Assembly: GCA_003141415.1 (NCBI GenBank)
Contig: PLLX01000182.1
Location: forward strand, 22,606-86,605
DNA length: 64,000 nt
Origin: Bacteroidales bacterium
GTDB lineage: Bacteria > Bacteroidota > Bacteroidia > Bacteroidales > VadinHA17
Direction of reading: 5' to 3'
Part shown: positions 47,233-56,090 of the stretch, one piece after another
Numbering within the stretch: the stretch's first letter is position 1
How the letters are laid out: each line of letters opens with the position of its first letter
Made by a program: the position numbers and the translations under genes
Notes under the pieces: model-generated
The model's database searches: none
Seen by the model: the letters and a program-made list of their open reading frames with translations, nothing else
Told to the model about the DNA's origin: nothing

Positions 47233-49737
47233 TTATTTCACCTCATATTCAGCCTTTCCTGTCACCGGAATTCCTTCTGTCGTAATACCCTCTACAATTA
47301 CTTTCACTTTTGAGGGATTATCCGCATTATAATAGTTCAGGAAAATGTCTTTGTTATTTTCCACTTTAATGTTTGGTTCCCAGAACAAAGTGGTTCTTAG
47401 ATCAGGCTTATAATCGGATTCCAAATTAGTATGATGCCTGGGTGAATAGAAAATACGTGGTTCGTCAAATCCTGAAAATTTGACATTTACTGAGTGAAAA
47501 ACCGGGCTATTAACAATATCCTTATCATCCTTTAAGATAATTGATATTGCACCATCGCAATATCCATAGCCTCCTCTTCCTGAGCTATCCGCACCTTCAA
47601 TCTCTACCATTGTTCTTATAGCTGCCAGGGACGCCACATTCTCATCATCCACTACATCTATTCGTTCGACCCAACTTATAGGAAGGGCTCTAACATCACT
47701 TGCCGGTACCGGATTACCATCAATCATGTAAAGCGGATTTTTCATCCTGTGGCCGAGCCTAACGGTTGAGGGATTCAAATATTTAAGTTCGATAAGGCGA
47801 AATGCGGTACTATAAAATTGTAAATCGGGCGTGATCACAAGTTCTCTGTCAGGTGTACCCCTGAGATATCTTCTGGATTTAGCACGGGCTGACTCTGGTG
47901 CATCCTGCCTGATTGCAATTATATTTACTTCCCCCGGCTTAATTGTGTCGGATAATTTATACTTTTTCTGAATAGTGGTTCTGATTTCTGCATACTGAAT
48001 AAACGTATGCAGGGATTTATTAATGATCTGATTATCACTCATCGCTTGATTTTCATCTATATTCCGGTCATTGTATCCGACAAACCTGGTCTGAGCTATA
48101 TCTTCTTTAACAATTGCAGGAGAGTATTTCAGAGAATCCAGAAGCAACCAGCCCTTCAAATTGTCTTTTTCACCAGTAACACTGGCGACGACATTAGCAT
48201 TACCGGTCAGATCAACTCCTTTAATAGAAAACCTTCCCAAGGAATCAACCGGAACAAATCCTACCAATGGTTTTCCACTCTTGAATATTGCGATATTGAC
48301 CATCGAGTTTATTAAAGGTTTATCTGCAAATTTTTTCCTTACTCTGCCAGATATGGTAAAACCGTTTTCGGGAGGATAGATCATGGTTTTATACTTCCAT
48401 TCAAAATCGCGCCAGCCCTGGGTAAGCAACAGAAGGTCGAGGTCTTTTAACCGAGCGGGATTTGAAGGATCAAAATAGTACGATGGTTCTTCAATTGGTC
48501 CCCGAATGTCGGATTCAAGAAGAAACCATGATGAAATATTTGAAGGAAATGAGGAATAGTTTTCAGTAAAAATGTTTTCAGCGGCCGACAATGAAAAAAA
48601 TGCATCCTGCGGGATACGCGAATTGACTCTCAGGGATATCTTAACCGATACAGAATCACGCTGGTTATATATTGTTTTGTCAGTTTCAATCTTAACATTC
48701 ACATCTTCATCATTTTGTACAAAAACCAGCCTTTCACAAAGAGGAAGATTTTTTACACCCGATAATGTCAGCATAACAATCCCTTCGGGAAGATCATCAG
48801 AAGGAATCTTAAGAAAGCTGTTAAGAGATTTCATTCTGAACGAATATGTATTAAAAGCTATATTATGTGCCGAAACGGTAAGTGAAAGGTCACGATCCAT
48901 GACGAGTGGCAATGTCTCAGGATTTGTATTAAATATTAAAAGTACTTTACCAGCACGGTTTTTGGAAACACTTAATACAACACCTGTTGAGAAGCTTTTT
49001 GGAATTTCATACCTGCTTAAATCCCCGGTCTTGTTCTTAATTACGGCATAGTATCTTAATCCGGGAACCGGGGTAAGAGAAAATGTACCCATTCCTTTAT
49101 GAGTACTTTTAAATGTAGTGACTATTTCTCCTGCCGAAGAATAAATTTCTCCCGAAACATAATATCCATTTCCATGATCGTCAACAGCTTTAAATGCAAC
49201 AAGAGAAGTAACATTATCGACTAACGAACCACCTTCGGGGAAGAAACTTATTTCCGGTTTATTTCTATTATAATTAGCACTATCAGAAAATTCTTTAAAG
49301 GCATCTGATGAGTTAATTACAGTAATGTCCTTATTAAAGAATAACTGATCACCGAAGTTCCGCATATAATTTGTGTACGCCCTTAAACGGTAGCGACCTG
49401 ATTGCAGCTTTTCAGCCAGATGGAAGTCTCCATTCCCTAATCCTTTATCAAGTTTTATTATACGACTATCAATTATTTTTAAAGCCGGAGAAATCAACTC
49501 AACATGCAGGTTGCTGCTATGAATGGAAAGTAATCTGTCGGATGCATCTATAAGATATGCTTTGAACCAGATTTCATCGCCCGGATAATAACTGTCGCGG
49601 TCTATATGCAGATATACTTTCTCAACAATATTCAGAGAGTCGTTTGCAGGAGGGTATGGAGAATTTATTCCTGCGCAATTGGCAAGGGGACAGCATAATG
49701 CGGTCAGGATTAAAACAAATATGCTAAAAATCTTCAA
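47233..49737 (-). CDS. MG2/alpha-2-macroglobulin-like secreted protein with TonB-receptor plug-like motif, no barrel (834 aa)
   Basis: TTG start and signal peptide. MG2-type domain (HIDRDSYYPGDEIWFKAYLID..LQSGRYRLRAY), the shared FFPEGGSLV..AFKAV..STHKGMGTF motif, and a plug-like ..NPLYMIDGNPVPASDVRALPISWVERIDVV..GAISIILK.. Confidence 0.6.
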   Translation of the reverse strand: MKIFSIFVLILTALCCPLANCAGINSPYPPANDSLNIVEKVYLHIDRDSYYPGDEIWFKAYLIDASDRLLSIHSSNLHVELISPALKIIDSRIIKLDKGLGNGDFHLAEKLQSGRYRLRAYTNYMRNFGDQLFFNKDITVINSSDAFKEFSDSANYNRNKPEISFFPEGGSLVDNVTSLVAFKAVDDHGNGYYVSGEIYSSAGEIVTTFKSTHKGMGTFSLTPVPGLRYYAVIKNKTGDLSRYEIPKSFSTGVVLSVSKNRAGKVLLIFNTNPETLPLVMDRDLSLTVSAHNIAFNTYSFRMKSLNSFLKIPSDDLPEGIVMLTLSGVKNLPLCERLVFVQNDEDVNVKIETDKTIYNQRDSVSVKISLRVNSRIPQDAFFSLSAAENIFTENYSSFPSNISSWFLLESDIRGPIEEPSYYFDPSNPARLKDLDLLLLTQGWRDFEWKYKTMIYPPENGFTISGRVRKKFADKPLINSMVNIAIFKSGKPLVGFVPVDSLGRFSIKGVDLTGNANVVASVTGEKDNLKGWLLLDSLKYSPAIVKEDIAQTRFVGYNDRNIDENQAMSDNQIINKSLHTFIQYAEIRTTIQKKYKLSDTIKPGEVNIIAIRQDAPESARAKSRRYLRGTPDRELVITPDLQFYSTAFRLIELKYLNPSTVRLGHRMKNPLYMIDGNPVPASDVRALPISWVERIDVVDDENVASLAAIRTMVEIEGADSSGRGGYGYCDGAISIILKDDKDIVNSPVFHSVNVKFSGFDEPRIFYSPRHHTNLESDYKPDLRTTLFWEPNIKVENNKDIFLNYYNADNPSKVKVIVEGITTEGIPVTGKAEYEVK

Positions 49738-49794
49738 GATTGATTCAGGTTAGGTGTATTTGTTCATGTATTGCTTCACAAATACCGTACCAGA

Positions 49795-49822
49795 AGATAA
49801 AAGATAAAAGTAAAAAGTAAAA
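49795..49822. repeat. Heptanucleotide tandem tract (AGATAAA x2, AGTAAAA x2)
   Basis: Read directly from the sequence. It lies 58-85 bp upstream of the start codon of the 834-aa MG2-like gene (minus strand) and downstream of the SRPBCC gene stop. Confidence 0.7.
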
Positions 49823-49841
49823 AGGTAGGTTGTTATGCCTT

Positions 49842-50303
49842 TCAGATTTTATCCGACATAAAATCAAAGGCACCCTTTCTTAGATGAACTCCATACTCTA
49901 GCCAGGCTTTTAGACAAGCAAGAAAGTTGGCCCAGCCTTCCGTATTTCCCTTCAACCATTTGATGCCTGCTTCATCATTCTTTCTGCTTTTCTCCGTTAC
50001 GGTTACAACGGTAGAATTACCAGGTCTTGTAGTAAGAGTCATCTCCACAAATAGTTCAATGCTGTCCATTTCCCAGTAAAAAGATATGTATTTGTTCTCT
50101 TCAATTTTCCCTACCCGGATCGGAAAGCTCATATCAAATTCAGGGAATTGCCATATTATTTGTTTGCCTTCTTCCAATTTCCCGCTGCCTTTTGAAATGA
50201 AATAGTTTGACATTTGTGCAGGGTCAATTATTGCTTCAAATACCTCATTTACAGGTTTTAGTATTTGAAGTGCAACTTTTATTTCAAGAGTTTGATTTTT
50301 CAT
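49842..50303 (-). CDS. SRPBCC/AHSA1-domain protein
   Basis: 153 aa. ..VFEAIIDPAQMSNYF..ISFYWE..TLTTRPGNSTVVTVTE.. is typical of Aha1/START-like SRPBCC proteins. Confidence 0.7.
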   Translation of the reverse strand: MKNQTLEIKVALQILKPVNEVFEAIIDPAQMSNYFISKGSGKLEEGKQIIWQFPEFDMSFPIRVGKIEENKYISFYWEMDSIELFVEMTLTTRPGNSTVVTVTEKSRKNDEAGIKWLKGNTEGWANFLACLKAWLEYGVHLRKGAFDFMSDKI

Positions 50304-50338
50304 TGAAGCTGGTTTAAAATTTTCATTTTTTTTTAATA

Positions 50339-51226
50339 TTAAAATTTATTACCACAATCTTCCATGTCCCCGAATTCCACCTGAATAGTTGAGTGTTCTA
50401 TTTTAAATTTTTCATGCAGATGATGCTGAATTGAACTTATAAAACCTACATTAGTCGATATGCACGTTGTGAGATGTACTGTGAGGGCAGCATCGGTAGT
50501 TCCCAGGGACCAGATGTGCAGGTCATGAACCCCCGCAACTTCAGGCAGGTTTGCAAAATAATCACGTACAACCTCGATCTTGATATTTTCGGGGACTGCA
50601 TCAAGAGCCAGATTAACTGAATCAATTAACAGATTATATGAACTGTATAAAATAACTGCAATAATTGCAAAAGAAACTAATGAATCGATCAACTGGATAC
50701 CGGTAAATGTCATTATAATTCCACCAATGACTACTCCCAGGGATACCAGTGCATCAGCCACAAAGTGAACAAAAGCGCTTCTGATATTAAGATCATTCTT
50801 TTTTCCCTTAATAAATAACCATGCAGTAAAGGCGTTCACCCCGATTCCTATTGCTGCCACAATCATCACATTATAAGCATTTATCTCAACCGGCTTACGG
50901 AGTCTCAGAACAGTTTCGTAAAGAATAAAACTGACTGCTACCAGTAACAGGATTGTATTCAGCAAAGCAACAAGTATTGTGGAACGGCGAAACCCATAAG
51001 TAAATTTCAGAGTTGGTTGTCTTTGAGATAAAATAACTGCAATCCATGAGAATACAAGTGCAAGAACATCACTTAGATTGTGACCTGCGTCAGCTATTAG
51101 AGCCATTGAGTTCGAAAAATAACCTGACAGAGCTTCTGCAATGACAAAAATGATATTTATGGTAATCCCTATCTTAAAGGCATTTCCTAACTTAATGTTA
51201 TCATTATGAGAATGGCTATATTCCAA
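50339..51226 (-). CDS. Cation diffusion facilitator (CzcD-like) metal efflux transporter
   Basis: Six TM segments with ..LIADAGHNLSD.. and ..FVHFVADALVS.. metal-site motifs, plus a C-terminal cytoplasmic domain (..VHDLHIWSL..). Confidence 0.85.
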   Translation of the reverse strand: MEYSHSHNDNIKLGNAFKIGITINIIFVIAEALSGYFSNSMALIADAGHNLSDVLALVFSWIAVILSQRQPTLKFTYGFRRSTILVALLNTILLLVAVSFILYETVLRLRKPVEINAYNVMIVAAIGIGVNAFTAWLFIKGKKNDLNIRSAFVHFVADALVSLGVVIGGIIMTFTGIQLIDSLVSFAIIAVILYSSYNLLIDSVNLALDAVPENIKIEVVRDYFANLPEVAGVHDLHIWSLGTTDAALTVHLTTCISTNVGFISSIQHHLHEKFKIEHSTIQVEFGDMEDCGNKF

Positions 51227-51229
51227 AAT

Positions 51230-51571
51230 TCAATGTTTAGCAATTTTTCGAACTTCAACACTATTGCCTTCGCCCTGTAAAACAGGGCACCCTTTTGCAA
51301 ATTCAACCGCTTCATCAACGGAATCTGCCTTAACAATAATGTATCCGCCAATGGTTTCTTTAATTTTGCCAAAAGGTCCATTGGTAACAATGTTATTTGG
51401 TCTGACAACCCTGGCTTCAGCGAAGGGAATGCCATTGCCACCAGATAATTTGTTCCGGGCCGCAATTCCGTCCATCCAGTCTCTTGTTTGTCTCATCCAG
51501 ATTTCTATTTGTTCCGGAGAAGCTACTTTCAGACCATCTTCATGTCTGAAAATCAAAATATATTCATCCAT
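51230..51571 (-). CDS. YciI-family protein
   Basis: 113 aa. MDEYILIF.. start, with ..GGYIIVKADSVDEAVEFAKGCP.. typical of YciI/DGPF domains. Confidence 0.7.
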   Translation of the reverse strand: MDEYILIFRHEDGLKVASPEQIEIWMRQTRDWMDGIAARNKLSGGNGIPFAEARVVRPNNIVTNGPFGKIKETIGGYIIVKADSVDEAVEFAKGCPVLQGEGNSVEVRKIAKH

Positions 51572-51592
51572 TTAGTTATGATTTAATTCCAT

Positions 51593-52090
51593 TTATTTAA
51601 CAATCGACCCGGAATCTTGTTTAAATGGTTTTAGACTAGGTATCCATCGGGGAACATTCTTTTTATATTCCTGGTATTCCGCTCCAAATTTTTTCTCAAG
51701 CAGAGGTTCTTCCAGGAGAACAAAATAAATATTATTTATAATAAAAAAAGTAAATGCCCATTCAAAGATGCTCTGCGATAAAATTGCAATGGATTCACCA
51801 ATAAGTACAATTAAAACTCCTATAATCATCGGATTTCTTACATGCCTGTATATTCCGGATATAATCAGTTTTCTGGTTGGGCTCCATGGAACCAATGTGC
51901 CTTTTCCGATTCTGATAAACTTTGAAATTGTCACAATCATAATATACAATCCGACAGATATAATAAAAAGACCTGTCAGCAGGGCTGTAATACTATGATA
52001 TGAAATGTTTTTCTCAATTTCTAAAGGGATAATAATTAAAACAGTGACTGGCAGAATAAATGAAAATATTTGTTTTAATACTTTTTTCAT
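51593..52090 (-). CDS. Isoprenylcysteine carboxyl methyltransferase (ICMT/PEMT) family membrane protein
   Basis: Four to five TM segments. ..GIYRHVRNPMIIGV.. and C-terminal ..EEPLLEKKFGAEYQEYKKNVPRWIP.. are family hallmarks. Confidence 0.75.
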   Translation of the reverse strand: MKKVLKQIFSFILPVTVLIIIPLEIEKNISYHSITALLTGLFIISVGLYIMIVTISKFIRIGKGTLVPWSPTRKLIISGIYRHVRNPMIIGVLIVLIGESIAILSQSIFEWAFTFFIINNIYFVLLEEPLLEKKFGAEYQEYKKNVPRWIPSLKPFKQDSGSIVK

Positions 52091-52464
52091 TTATGTTTGG
52101 CCGTTTTTTTCTGATTTTCAATGATCCTGAATTTTACGATCCTGCTTATCAAGTCAAATGGAATCGGTTTGTCAAGCGGAAATTTTACCGAGCCTTTTGC
52201 TCCATCATAAGCGGATAAATCTTTTTTAAATGCTTCAATGGCTGTAGGGGTCGGATAAAATCCAATGTGATTTTTAAAAGCTGCAAAATGAACCAGATTC
52301 CCTTTTAAAGTAAAAGTCGGAATTCCATAGTTGATTGTCTCTTCTGCTTCCGGAGCAGCTTTCCTTATTGTCATACGTAACTGCTCCAAAATATTTTGAG
52401 TCTCTTTTGGAAAACTGGCGATATAACTATCAATGGCGTCAAACTTAATTCTGGGCATAGTCAT
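52087..52464 (-). CDS. DUF1801 (YdhG-like) domain protein
   Basis: ..IDSYIASFPKETQNILEQLRMTIRKAAPEAEETINYGIPTF..LVHFAAFKNHIGFYP.. 4-bp overlaps with both neighbouring genes. Confidence 0.75.
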   Translation of the reverse strand: MTMPRIKFDAIDSYIASFPKETQNILEQLRMTIRKAAPEAEETINYGIPTFTLKGNLVHFAAFKNHIGFYPTPTAIEAFKKDLSAYDGAKGSVKFPLDKPIPFDLISRIVKFRIIENQKKTAKHK

Positions 52465-52862
52465 AATTGTTTAGCCTTTACAATTTTTGAAGCAATATAT
52501 GCAAACAAGCCCAATATCAGACCTGAAATAACCCCTATAACTGGTCCGGTCATTAGCATCAATAGTTTTGGACCAAAGGATACTTGCATCTTTGTCATCA
52601 TTGCCACCTCATGCACATGATTCGTAAGGTATGTGTCAAACAGCAGAATATGGGCAGATGTGATCCATACCGCATTTGCCAGACTTACAAACAATCCATT
52701 CAGAAAATATTTCTCTTTGCAGTTTCTTGCTATGAGATATGCGCAAATAATAAATATTGCCAGCCAACAGAATGGTTCCACATTATATGGAATATAAAAT
52801 ACCGTTGCAATTGCCATTGCAAAACCAAAAAGCGAAAGTTGAAGAATTAGTTTCCAGTTCAT
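52461..52862 (-). CDS. Hypothetical four-TM membrane protein
   Basis: 133 aa of mostly hydrophobic helices. First gene of a tightly packed six-gene string. Confidence 0.55.
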   Translation of the reverse strand: MNWKLILQLSLFGFAMAIATVFYIPYNVEPFCWLAIFIICAYLIARNCKEKYFLNGLFVSLANAVWITSAHILLFDTYLTNHVHEVAMMTKMQVSFGPKLLMLMTGPVIGVISGLILGLFAYIASKIVKAKQL

Positions 52863-53101
52863 AATGGTGTCATTTTAGATATTAAAGTTATGCATTTCTG
52901 AAAGTACCGCGTAGTAAACTTCATTAAAAATGGAATGTGCATAAAGTCAAATCAAATAGACAACTAATCTTTTCATATCGATATCTCAATAATTGCAAAC
53001 CAGATTAATATTCTCCTACTGATTAGAGTTGTTCATTAATGACCTCCATAATAATTTCTCTTCCACAACTATTATACTTGTTTTTCCCCCTCTTAACCAA
53101 T

Positions 53102-53206
53102 GAGTTACGCTGAGTAACACTGTTTAATTAATCAAGTCCCGGGAATTCTTTTTATTTTGAGAAATCTACTCCGTGAAACTTCATAGTACTCCGTGTTACT
53201 CGTGGT
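53102..53206. repeat. Inverted array of 10-bp periodic units (GAGTAACAC-type arm ... TACTCCGTG-type arm)
   Basis: Left arm GAGTTACGCT GAGTAACACTG. Right arm TACTCCGTGA AACTTCATAG TACTCCGTGT TACTCGTGGT. The core GAGTAACAC / GTGTTACTC is inverted. Lies downstream of the HAD gene stop. Confidence 0.55.
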
Positions 53207-53241
53207 AATGGATCTAATTGTTAGAAAGGATAATCAGGTTT

Positions 53242-53895
53242 TTAAAATTTTAATTTTTTCATCAACTCTTCATAATTTTCAATTATCTCATCTGCACCTG
53301 CTTCCTTCAGGATGTGTCTTTGAAATGAACTTGTTAAACCATATACGAAACATCCTGCTTTTTTGGCAGAAATAATTCCGTTTGGAGAATCTTCAATAAC
53401 TATGGAACTCTGAGTATTCGCTTTTAGTTTTTCCAATGCCTTCAAATAGGGATCTGGATAAGGTTTGTGCAAAGCTGTATCCGCTTCTGTTATAACAAGG
53501 TTAAACGAGTCTGATATGTGATAGAGCTCATCAATTAACCTTAGACTGTATAATGATGTAGAGCTTACCATGGCTGTTTGAATTCCTTTATCCTTCATCT
53601 TACCAAAAAAAAGTAAAAAGCCGTCTATGAGTTTTAATTCTTTAATAATTTCTTCAAAAATTAATTTTTTAGAATTTTGAAGAAGGTCAGAGGAATGCTT
53701 CAGAGTATCCAGGTTATTGGAAACATAATCAAAAAAGACTTTATCTGTCCTTCCTTTATAGTCGTCAAAAATGGTTGGAGGATAAGAAATATTGAATTTT
53801 TCAAGGACGAGTTTTTTAGCTTTTGCATGGACCGGTTCCGAATCGATAACAACACCATCAAAATCGAAAAGAATTGTTTTAACATCAATCATCAC
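53242..53895 (-). CDS. HAD-superfamily hydrolase (subfamily IA, beta-phosphoglucomutase-like)
   Basis: Motif I ILFDFDGVVIDSE, cap-domain region, and ..VIEDSPNGIISAKKAG.. (motif IV). Confidence 0.8.
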   Translation of the reverse strand: MMIDVKTILFDFDGVVIDSEPVHAKAKKLVLEKFNISYPPTIFDDYKGRTDKVFFDYVSNNLDTLKHSSDLLQNSKKLIFEEIIKELKLIDGFLLFFGKMKDKGIQTAMVSSTSLYSLRLIDELYHISDSFNLVITEADTALHKPYPDPYLKALEKLKANTQSSIVIEDSPNGIISAKKAGCFVYGLTSSFQRHILKEAGADEIIENYEELMKKLKF

Positions 53896-54072
53896 AAAAT
53901 TATTTAATTAAAGTCTAATAAAAACGGTTTGACGTTACTGAAAGATTGTGCAAATACATACTAGCTGACCTCAATTGCACCAAGGGCAGATTTGCAGAAT
54001 TCTACTGCTTTCCTGCTATTCCGAACTGTAAGCCAGGGTGCGATAGAGCCAGGGATAATATTTTTCATAGAT

Positions 54073-54837
54073 TTAATTGCAAATATCAGACACGAATTGT
54101 TTATACCAGAATAACGAAACTTCAGCATATGAATAATTTTCAGTCTTAATCAATCTGGTACTAAAGAATTTTTTATCAATCATATTCTCTATCTCGGCGG
54201 CAGACTTATCAAAACCAAAATTGTATGCTGTGGCAAGAAACTTTACACGCGATACTTCATCTTCCAGTCCTGTTCTATAATTCCTATCACATATCTTTAT
54301 AAAGGCAATAAGATAATTAATCTGAGTAGCCGGATCCTCAAGATCATTTACAATTGTTTTCCTGAAATCTTTAATATCATCAAAGTCTGATTTTTTTTGA
54401 AATGATATTCCCGATCTGTGTCCCAAAACAGCAGGTGCTTTTTCACGGATCATCTCTGCAAAAGAAGGTTTCATCTGGAATTGTCCTATTGAAAAGTCAG
54501 CATATTCTTCACCCAGATTAACATAAAGTGTTTTAAGCAACGTGATTTCCATTTTATCACGTAGTGCCGAATAACGAACCAGCTCAGGGAAGATAATTGA
54601 AATTGCGAGCGGATATGAGATATGGTTTTTAGCAAGAAGCGGTTCAATCCAGTTTCTGTTTTCTTTCTCAAAAGTCATAGCTTTTTTCCAGTCGTCACCA
54701 AAAAGATCCTCGTAGTTGATTGATTGCGACCAACCAAAATTCAAGAATCCAGTAAAAAGAAGAAAAAATAATAATGTCCTCAAATTAATGATCTTATTAA
54801 ACAGCAAATTAAGAAAGGCACACAAAGCAAAAGTCAA
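54073..54837 (-). CDS. Hypothetical secreted protein (possible lysozyme/transglycosylase-like fold)
   Basis: Signal-like LRTLLFFLLFTGFLNFGWSQ. ..IIFPELVRYS.. and ..SIGQFQMKPSFAE.. are reminiscent of glycosidase Glu motifs. The start is uncertain (TTG at 54837 or TTG at 54783), and the 5' end overlaps a repeat element. Confidence 0.45.
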   Translation of the reverse strand: MTFALCAFLNLLFNKIINLRTLLFFLLFTGFLNFGWSQSINYEDLFGDDWKKAMTFEKENRNWIEPLLAKNHISYPLAISIIFPELVRYSALRDKMEITLLKTLYVNLGEEYADFSIGQFQMKPSFAEMIREKAPAVLGHRSGISFQKKSDFDDIKDFRKTIVNDLEDPATQINYLIAFIKICDRNYRTGLEDEVSRVKFLATAYNFGFDKSAAEIENMIDKKFFSTRLIKTENYSYAEVSLFWYKQFVSDICN

Positions 54838-54890
54838 ATCATGTGTTTCTTTGTGACCTTTATATTAAAACTTTGTGTCCTTTGCGGTTA
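54815..54890. repeat. Inverted array of 10-bp periodic TTTGTG units
   Basis: Left arm AAGGCACACAAAGC AAAAGTCAAATC. Right arm ATGTGTTTCT TTGTGACCTT TATATTAAAA CTTTGTGTCC TTTGCGGTTA. The right arm lies directly downstream of the 353-aa gene stop; the left arm overlaps the putative 5' end of the 254-aa gene. Confidence 0.55.
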
Positions 54891-54911
54891 ATTGGATTTT
54901 TTTATTCTGTT

Positions 54912-55973
54912 CTAGAAAGGTATTTTACACTGCATAATTGCATTCTTCTTAGGAGAATAATACATATAAGCAATGTAAACCTGCCCGTTAACTTTTACCA
55001 GATGAGGATTAAAAAGTTCTGACATAACTGTGCCATCACTGAAAGTGAGAGTACCATAATTATAAAACGCGTATTTAGTGTTGCCTGTATTCACAAACAA
55101 ATCTTTTGCGCCTGAAGCATCGGATTTAAGGGTTAACAGTACTTTATTTGACAGGTCAATAACCTTATCATAGGTTGAAAAAAGAATATCGTCATATTTA
55201 ATATTACTGGTTAAATTACCTCCAACGGATTTAAGCGGATCATAGGTAACTCCAACAATATTTGTAACAAGTTTCGGCATGATACTCGTGGGACCGCCTC
55301 CCTGTGTCACCTTTTGCTGCATTTCCTGGGCATACTTCATTGAAAGATCCATTTTCTCCTGATCTGTTTTAGCATTTTTTATGGCTTCTTCCATTTTCTT
55401 TCCATCTGCTTCACTAACTGGAATGTTTTCAACTACAATAGCTGCAAATTTATCCTTAGATTTTGTAACCTTAAACTGATTTATCTGACTAAAGGGACCA
55501 TAGCTTTTCCCATTGAATTTTATTGTATATTTTCCACCCGAATTAGAAATGTATTCATTATTTGCCCAAGGGTTTGTTTCCTTTGTTACGTCTCCATTAT
55601 TAGCATTCTCAAATCCTGCTAACCTGGGATCTCCTGCCATTATGGGACCATCAGTCTTTCCATCCTTAACAATATAAAAATTGTTCGAAATAATATCCTT
55701 AACCAGAAGGGATCCGTCATCTTTTAAACTGAGAGTAATCTCTGAATACATGAGTTTCAGTTTTCCTCCCAGGTCAAGTATAAGCTCGGGTTGTTCGCAC
55801 GCGCATTTAGGTTCAGGTTCCTGATTTGTGGTTTTGGTGACAGATTCGGGTTTTCCGGTAACATCATTTGTCACAGGGTTCGTAACCTTATTCAGTACCC
55901 GGCTAACCTGGGCATTAACCGGATTTCCAAATAAAATACAGATTGCCATTAGAAACAGGATAGACTTTTTCAT
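54912..55973 (-). CDS. Hypothetical secreted protein
   Basis: 353 aa with a signal peptide (ICILFGNPVNAQ). No recognisable motif. Confidence 0.55.
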   Translation of the reverse strand: MKKSILFLMAICILFGNPVNAQVSRVLNKVTNPVTNDVTGKPESVTKTTNQEPEPKCACEQPELILDLGGKLKLMYSEITLSLKDDGSLLVKDIISNNFYIVKDGKTDGPIMAGDPRLAGFENANNGDVTKETNPWANNEYISNSGGKYTIKFNGKSYGPFSQINQFKVTKSKDKFAAIVVENIPVSEADGKKMEEAIKNAKTDQEKMDLSMKYAQEMQQKVTQGGGPTSIMPKLVTNIVGVTYDPLKSVGGNLTSNIKYDDILFSTYDKVIDLSNKVLLTLKSDASGAKDLFVNTGNTKYAFYNYGTLTFSDGTVMSELFNPHLVKVNGQVYIAYMYYSPKKNAIMQCKIPF

Positions 55974-56090
55974 ACGATAAACTTTAATTTATTATCAAAT
56001 ATAAACATAACTTTTTAAGATTAACAGAGGTCCTTATTTCAAACTTATTGATTTTGATTTCGACGCACCCAGGGAAATCAACATTTCAAA

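Noticed and set aside
39865-49737. Classical thioester alpha-2-macroglobulin (ECAM/YfhM-like) annotation for the three giant proteins
   Set aside because: No CxEQ thioester motif is visible in any of them. They are half the size of ECAM-type proteins, and no pbpC-like partner is present. Only the MG2-like N-terminal domain supports a relationship.
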